In this document: positions 59,489-64,000 of the stretch, piece after piece
Numbering within the stretch: the first letter of the stretch is position 1
Layout of the letters: each line of letters opens with the position of its first letter
Program-made: the position numbers and the translations under genes
The notes under the pieces: generated by a model
Databases searched by the model: none
The model's input: only the letters and a program-made list of their open reading frames with translations
Told to the model about the DNA's origin: nothing
From: Alphaproteobacteria bacterium
GTDB lineage: Bacteria > Pseudomonadota > Alphaproteobacteria > Paracaedibacterales > CAIOTO01
Length of the DNA stretch: 64,000 nt
NCBI GenBank assembly: GCA_947488275.1
Contig: CANKZX010000001.1
Location: 447-64,446, forward strand
Reading direction: 5' to 3'

Positions 59489-60775
59489 ATGACAAAAACA
59501 TTAATGAACGTTATTATTGACGGGGCTCATAACACCTACCTTCTCGCTCATTTAACACTTAAAGATGGCATTATTACTGCTGTTGAATCAACCCCTATTC
59601 CTGCACATGCCATCGAACCATCGCACGTTTATGTCACACCTGGTTTTGTTAATTGCCATATTCATCCCAATCAATTATTTGATCGTCGTATGCTGGATGC
59701 CCTTCCAATAACAGAACTGCTTAGCGCCATGCACACCAAACATAATAAAACAGACGACGATCGATACCAACAGGCGATCTTTGTTCTTATCGATGCATTA
59801 AAAAGTGGCGCAACCAGCCTTTACGCCGTTGCCAGCAATCCAGTACCTGTTATTCGCGCCTTTAATGATTTAGGCATAACAGGTGCCATTAGTTGTTTTT
59901 TTAATGATAGCTGGAAAGGTATTGGCACACCGCCTACACAGACGCATTTTGACGCTATTGAAAACGAATTTGCTGATTATTTCAAACATCAAACAGATAC
60001 GCTCAAAATCCATATTGGAACAGCGTCTATTCTCACGGCATCAAATAAATTGTTGATACTACTTAATGATATTGCTACGCGCTATGATACTAAAGTCAAT
60101 ATTCATATAAGCGAAGGTGATGACTGCGTCAATCAGTGCATGATCGAACGTGAAACAACACCTGTTCGCCTTTTACATGAATTGGGCATTCTTAATGAAC
60201 GCTGGAACCTGATTCATGCCACAACAATCGATGAAAAAGAAGCGACACTTATTGCAAAAGCAGGCGCGTCTGTCATTCACTGCCCTGTAAGTAATGCAAA
60301 AACGGGCGTTGGCATTGCCCCTGCTGTTGCGATGCACGCAGAAAACATCAGGATTGGTTTAGGCACGGATGCATGTAGCAACAACAACACAAATAATATT
60401 ATGAATGAGGCCTATATTGCGACCCTACTGCACGGTGCGTTACACCAAAATCCATCTGCCTTAAGTGAAGATATTGTGTTTGAATGGCTCACAACAAATG
60501 GTTTAAAAATTATTGACTCATCACAAACAGGAAAAATAGAGGTTGGTGCGCGTGCCGATTTACTGTTATGGGACTTAGGCGCACCTGCCTTCACCCCCCT
60601 TCCCTACGGCAAATTACGATCTGTTTTCATCAATAACGCCCCCGATATAAAACCACATACGGTAATCATTAATGGTAAAGAATTAATAAAAAATTATCAA
60701 TTTAATGGCACCCTTGAATTAGATGCACAGTTAGCAACCAATCAATGGGCACGATCCATGCATAAAACACACTAA
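59489..60775 (+). CDS. Amidohydrolase-superfamily deaminase/chlorohydrolase (TRZ/ATZ, MtaD/SsnA-like)
   Basis: VTPGFVNCHIHPNQ metal-binding HxH, HISE, GLGTDA motifs. Confidence 0.75.
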   Translation: MTKTLMNVIIDGAHNTYLLAHLTLKDGIITAVESTPIPAHAIEPSHVYVTPGFVNCHIHPNQLFDRRMLDALPITELLSAMHTKHNKTDDDRYQQAIFVLIDALKSGATSLYAVASNPVPVIRAFNDLGITGAISCFFNDSWKGIGTPPTQTHFDAIENEFADYFKHQTDTLKIHIGTASILTASNKLLILLNDIATRYDTKVNIHISEGDDCVNQCMIERETTPVRLLHELGILNERWNLIHATTIDEKEATLIAKAGASVIHCPVSNAKTGVGIAPAVAMHAENIRIGLGTDACSNNNTNNIMNEAYIATLLHGALHQNPSALSEDIVFEWLTTNGLKIIDSSQTGKIEVGARADLLLWDLGAPAFTPLPYGKLRSVFINNAPDIKPHTVIINGKELIKNYQFNGTLELDAQLATNQWARSMHKTH

Positions 60776-60850
60776 GGATCGCGCACAAACCAAAAAATTG
60801 GCATGGAATTTGCATCGTAATTTTTGATACATAAAATTAAGGTGTTATCT

Positions 60851-61960
60851 GTGATAAAAAAAATATGTGCCGCCACCATTAAAAACATCGCATTGGTTTT
60901 TGGAACCTATGTTTTTGCACACGCAAATGTCGTGCAACTTAATCCTGCACCCGCACCTTATCCTGCAGCAATGCCATTACCAATACCTGCCCCTTATCCT
61001 ATGCCAGCACCTATTGGTGTCATGCCTGTCGGCGCTATACCAGCGCCAATTCCAATGCCCATCATGACATCACCTCAATCAAATCAACCAGCACAAATTA
61101 TTGTTCAAAATATACAACAACCCCCTGGATTAAGACCACAAATGGTTCCAATACCTTTGAATGGAGCTGTACCCATTCCAAATGGAACCATACCCATTCC
61201 AAATGGAATGCCATTACCCAATAGTGCGATTCCTATGGGAGCCATCCCAATCGGTGCAATACCTTCTGGCATGCCTATACCTATTCCTGTAGGTGCCATA
61301 CCCGTCCCGATGAACGGAGCGCCTTATAATACTCAACCCCGGTTCATACAACCACAAGTAATCCCTATCCCCGCACAAACAACACCCGCACAAACAGCAG
61401 CGGAAAAACCTGTTGGCTCTATAACGCAAGCACCTGTTCAACCAATTAACAACACAGGCTTACCAGAAATAACAAAGGTATATGACCCTCAAAATGCCCC
61501 AAAAGAACCTGAGAAAATTGATCCACTATTAAAACCGACACGTGTAATTACTCCACAAATAAAACAAAAAGACGCGTCGCCACCAACGAATCTAGCCGCT
61601 CCACTAGAAATTGCGTCAATAGACACAACGGCTATTAAACCTGTTGAATACAAACCAGAGCCCGTACCTGAATTAGCTGAGTCAGAGCAATGCTACGTCC
61701 CGCCACCACCTGCCCCGAAAAAAGAGGCACCTAAGCCTGTGGTCGTCGAAGAGAAAGAAGAAAAACCAAAAAAGAAAAAAGGTAAAAAGAAAAAAGGTGG
61801 CAAAAAGAAGAAAAAGAAAAAAGGCAGCAAAAAAGGAGAAGACAAAGATGAAAATTCTGAAGAAGAAAGCAAACCAGTCTCTAAAAAAGTAAAAAAGGCC
61901 AAAGGAAAAACAGCTGAAAAAGCAAATGACCTAACCGCTGAAGCAGATAGCGAGGAGTAA
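60851..61960 (+). CDS. Secreted/anchored Pro-rich protein with poly-Lys C-terminal tail
   Basis: Signal-like (V)IKKICAATIKNIALVFGTYVFAHA; (A/M/I)P(I/V/A)P repeats over about 170 aa; KKKKGKKKKGGKKKKKKKGSKK tract; GTG 60851 has AAGG upstream, TTG 60824 alternative. Confidence 0.65.
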   Translation: MIKKICAATIKNIALVFGTYVFAHANVVQLNPAPAPYPAAMPLPIPAPYPMPAPIGVMPVGAIPAPIPMPIMTSPQSNQPAQIIVQNIQQPPGLRPQMVPIPLNGAVPIPNGTIPIPNGMPLPNSAIPMGAIPIGAIPSGMPIPIPVGAIPVPMNGAPYNTQPRFIQPQVIPIPAQTTPAQTAAEKPVGSITQAPVQPINNTGLPEITKVYDPQNAPKEPEKIDPLLKPTRVITPQIKQKDASPPTNLAAPLEIASIDTTAIKPVEYKPEPVPELAESEQCYVPPPPAPKKEAPKPVVVEEKEEKPKKKKGKKKKGGKKKKKKKGSKKGEDKDENSEEESKPVSKKVKKAKGKTAEKANDLTAEADSEE

Positions 61961-62007
61961 TAGAATCCAAAAACGCACATTGAATACATTTCAATATTTC
62001 ATTACAT

Positions 62008-62251
62008 ATACTCAGCACCGATGATTTTTAGCAATTCTGCCGTCATAGCGAACCTGCGTAGCTGGTGTGGCCATTGTAAGTCTCACTTATACTATCCAGA
62101 AAAACAAACATTTTCGACGTAACAGGCATTTCTGACGTCACAGGCATTTCTGACGCAACAGCCACTGGATCACCACAAAAGCCTTCGGCTTTTTCGTGAT
62201 GACGGGGGATGATAACATTATCTTCTGCTAAAAATCATCGGTGTTGGGTAT
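62008..62251 (+). mobile_element. Full-length MITE-like nested-palindrome element (244 bp) with internal insertion
   Basis: TIRs ATACTCAGCACCGATGATTTTTAGCA / TGCTAAAAATCATCGGTGTTGGGTAT; inner pair CCGTCATAGCGA / TCGTGATGACGG; 2.5 x 18-bp units; hairpin AAAAGCC-TTC-GGCTTTT. Confidence 0.88.
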
Positions 62252-62261
62252 CGTGTGTCGG

Positions 62262-62335
62262 GAATGCCTATTTCACTCAAGGAAAGACTGTTTTTCTAAA
62301 TAGCCACGCCCTTAAAAGGGCTCACCAAAACAACG
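62262..62335 (-). repeat. Fragment related to the variant element at 56623..56727
   Basis: GGAATGCCTATTT..TGTTTTTCTAAATAGCCACGCCCTTAAAAGGGCTCACCAAAACAACGG versus GGAAATGCCTGTTTTTCTGGATGGTCACGCCCTTCGGGCTCACCATGACAAGG. Confidence 0.6.
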
Positions 62336-62349
62336 GATATAAGATTTAA

Positions 62350-63756
62350 TTACAACATCAATGATCGACGCAAAACATTCACATCATTTGAATATTCACG
62401 AATGGTTTCCATCGCTTCTTCTACGCGCTTTACTGCATGCATAACGGTTGTGTGGTCGCGTCCACCAAAACGCCTACCAATTTCAGGTAATGATTTAGAG
62501 GTAAGAACCTTGCATAAATACATGGCCACTTGACGGGGTTTTGATATTGCTTGCGCACGCCTAGTTGACAATAAATCAGACAGTTTCACATTGTAATAAT
62601 CACATACTTTTTGCTGAATATCTTCAACCGTAACCACACGCCGATCGTTTGACCGCAGTAAATCCCTTAGAACATCTTGAGTCGTATCTAAATCGATACG
62701 TCTTCCAACAAGTGTTGAATGGGCAACCACACGGTTCAGCGCCCCTTCTAATTCGCGAATATTCGATGAAATACGAACCGCAAGAAACTCTAAAACATCA
62801 GCTGGAATTTTGATTTTCAAGGCTTCAACTTTAGATTGCAAAATACCAAGACGCAATTCATAGGTTGTTGGGTGAATATCAGCAACCAATCCCCATCCCA
62901 AACGTGAAATAAGACGTTCTTCCATATCTTCAAGGTCTGATGGCGATTTATCGGCTGAAATAATAACTTGGCGGTTATTATCAACCAATGCGTTAAAGGT
63001 GTGAAAAAACTCTTCTTGCGTTGTATTCTTACCACTGATGAATTGCACGTCATCAATCATTAAAATATCAACTTTACGAAATCGTTCTTTAAAGGCAACG
63101 GTCGTTTTAAAACGAAGGGCAAGAACGAATTCATACATAAATTTTTCGGCAGACATATAAATGACCCGTTTTGACGGATGTGTCTTTCGAATCTGCCACG
63201 CAATAGCATGCATAAGGTGTGTTTTACCAAGCCCAACACCACCATAAAGGAAAAGAGGGTTAAAAGGTGGCACATCAGCCTCTGCAATACGGAGCGCAGC
63301 CGCATAAGCTAATTCATTTGGCTTTCCTATCACAAAGTTTTCAAAGGTAAACCGTGTGTCAAGCGCGGCCGCGTAATCATCACCTAATTCTTCACCTGCA
63401 ATGGATTCATTTTGAAAGGGATCAACACGTGCAACCTCAGCGTGTTCAGACTTATTGATTATTTCCTGACGAACAGCAATTGTATAATCTTCAAAATTTG
63501 GGAAAATTTCATAACAAAGCCCAAGTAGTTTTTCACCGTGTTGCGTTTGTATACGATCTTTCATGAAACGTGAAGATGCAGCCAGATTTAAGCATCGACC
63601 ATCATATGAAATAACCTTAAGCGGCGCTATCCAACTGGTATAAAGCGCATCCCCTAAGTCAATCTTAAGCCTTTCACACACATGATCCCATAACGTTTGC
63701 ACTTGTGTCGGATGCAAAAACACTTGATAGTCTTCGTCTTCTTTTGAAGTTGACAT
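62350..63756 (-). CDS. dnaA: Chromosomal replication initiator DnaA
   Basis: GGVGLGKTHLMHAI Walker A, IDDVQF, C-terminal HTH RFGGRDHTTVMHA. Confidence 0.97.
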   Translation of the reverse strand: MSTSKEDEDYQVFLHPTQVQTLWDHVCERLKIDLGDALYTSWIAPLKVISYDGRCLNLAASSRFMKDRIQTQHGEKLLGLCYEIFPNFEDYTIAVRQEIINKSEHAEVARVDPFQNESIAGEELGDDYAAALDTRFTFENFVIGKPNELAYAAALRIAEADVPPFNPLFLYGGVGLGKTHLMHAIAWQIRKTHPSKRVIYMSAEKFMYEFVLALRFKTTVAFKERFRKVDILMIDDVQFISGKNTTQEEFFHTFNALVDNNRQVIISADKSPSDLEDMEERLISRLGWGLVADIHPTTYELRLGILQSKVEALKIKIPADVLEFLAVRISSNIRELEGALNRVVAHSTLVGRRIDLDTTQDVLRDLLRSNDRRVVTVEDIQQKVCDYYNVKLSDLLSTRRAQAISKPRQVAMYLCKVLTSKSLPEIGRRFGGRDHTTVMHAVKRVEEAMETIREYSNDVNVLRRSLML

Positions 63757-63779
63757 GAATAATAACCTATTCGTTTTCT

Positions 63780-64000
63780 TTATTTATTCGTTGCTTCGAT
63801 TGAAAAATCGCTATTATTAAGCTTTATCGTAACATTTTCTTCTTCACCAATTGTTAAACGGTGTGCGCCTGGACTTGTATAGCTTGCAAAAACAATAACA
63901 CCAGCCCCACTGTAACGTGATGTTCGGATAGGCACGTCATCAAGACGTTGAGATCGAATGAGATCCCATTCAAAAACATCAAGATACCCTGTATTATCAG
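63780..64000 (-). CDS. 3' end of an unidentified CDS running off the window
   Basis: Open minus-strand frame from the window edge to TAA at 63780..63782: ..GYLDVFEWDLIRSQRLDDVPIRTSRYSGAGVIVFASYTSPGAHRLTIGEEENVTIKLNNSDFSIEATNK*. Confidence 0.45.
   Translation of the reverse strand, partial: DNTGYLDVFEWDLIRSQRLDDVPIRTSRYSGAGVIVFASYTSPGAHRLTIGEEENVTIKLNNSDFSIEATNK

Overview
AT-rich (by eye about 40% GC) chromosomal segment of an alphaproteobacterium. Gene content and order suggest a host-associated Rickettsiales/Holosporales-like lineage; this is an inference, not a database result. About 60 CDS and one tRNA are supported.

Housekeeping blocks:
- Complete ISC Fe-S operon: iscR, a second cysteine desulfurase, then iscS-iscU-iscA-hscB-hscA-fdx-iscX.
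- groES-groEL with a perfect CIRCE operator.
- metK, uvrB, recG, fabD, lpxB-lptE, rph, sodB, ftsA, dnaA, ubiE, folK, pabB.
- NfeD/SPFH pair, and rubrerythrin next to an HdrD/GlpC-like Fe-S protein.

Accessory content:
- (i) An alpha-type chemotaxis operon (STAS-cheY-cheA-cheW-cheR-cheB, soluble MCP, STAS), followed by a secreted PTP-like phytase. A second phytase paralog sits at the window start.
- (ii) An orphan T6SS vgrG followed by a small signal-peptide ORF and a secreted S1 serine protease. No other T6SS genes are in the window.
- (iii) At least eight signal-peptide ORFs without recognisable homologs. Several have tandem coding repeats (Pro-rich, Gly-rich, poly-Lys, alpha-solenoid-like). 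One has class-I methyltransferase-like motifs.
- (iv) A RelE/RHH toxin-antitoxin pair.
- (v) Five to six copies of a non-coding nested-palindrome element of about 215-245 bp. It is MITE/RPE-like, with terminal inverted repeats, internal 18-bp tandem units and a bidirectional terminator-like hairpin. All copies are intergenic and lie next to gene 3' ends.
- (vi) Small gene remnants: a retropepsin C-terminus and a frameshifted HTH.

No rRNA, CRISPR array, intact IS or prophage was seen. I could not find one clearly novel multi-gene system. The best candidates are the vgrG-protease island, the palindromic element family and the che operon with its STAS/phosphatase tail.

All calls come from reading the translations and the DNA. 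No searches or computations were run.
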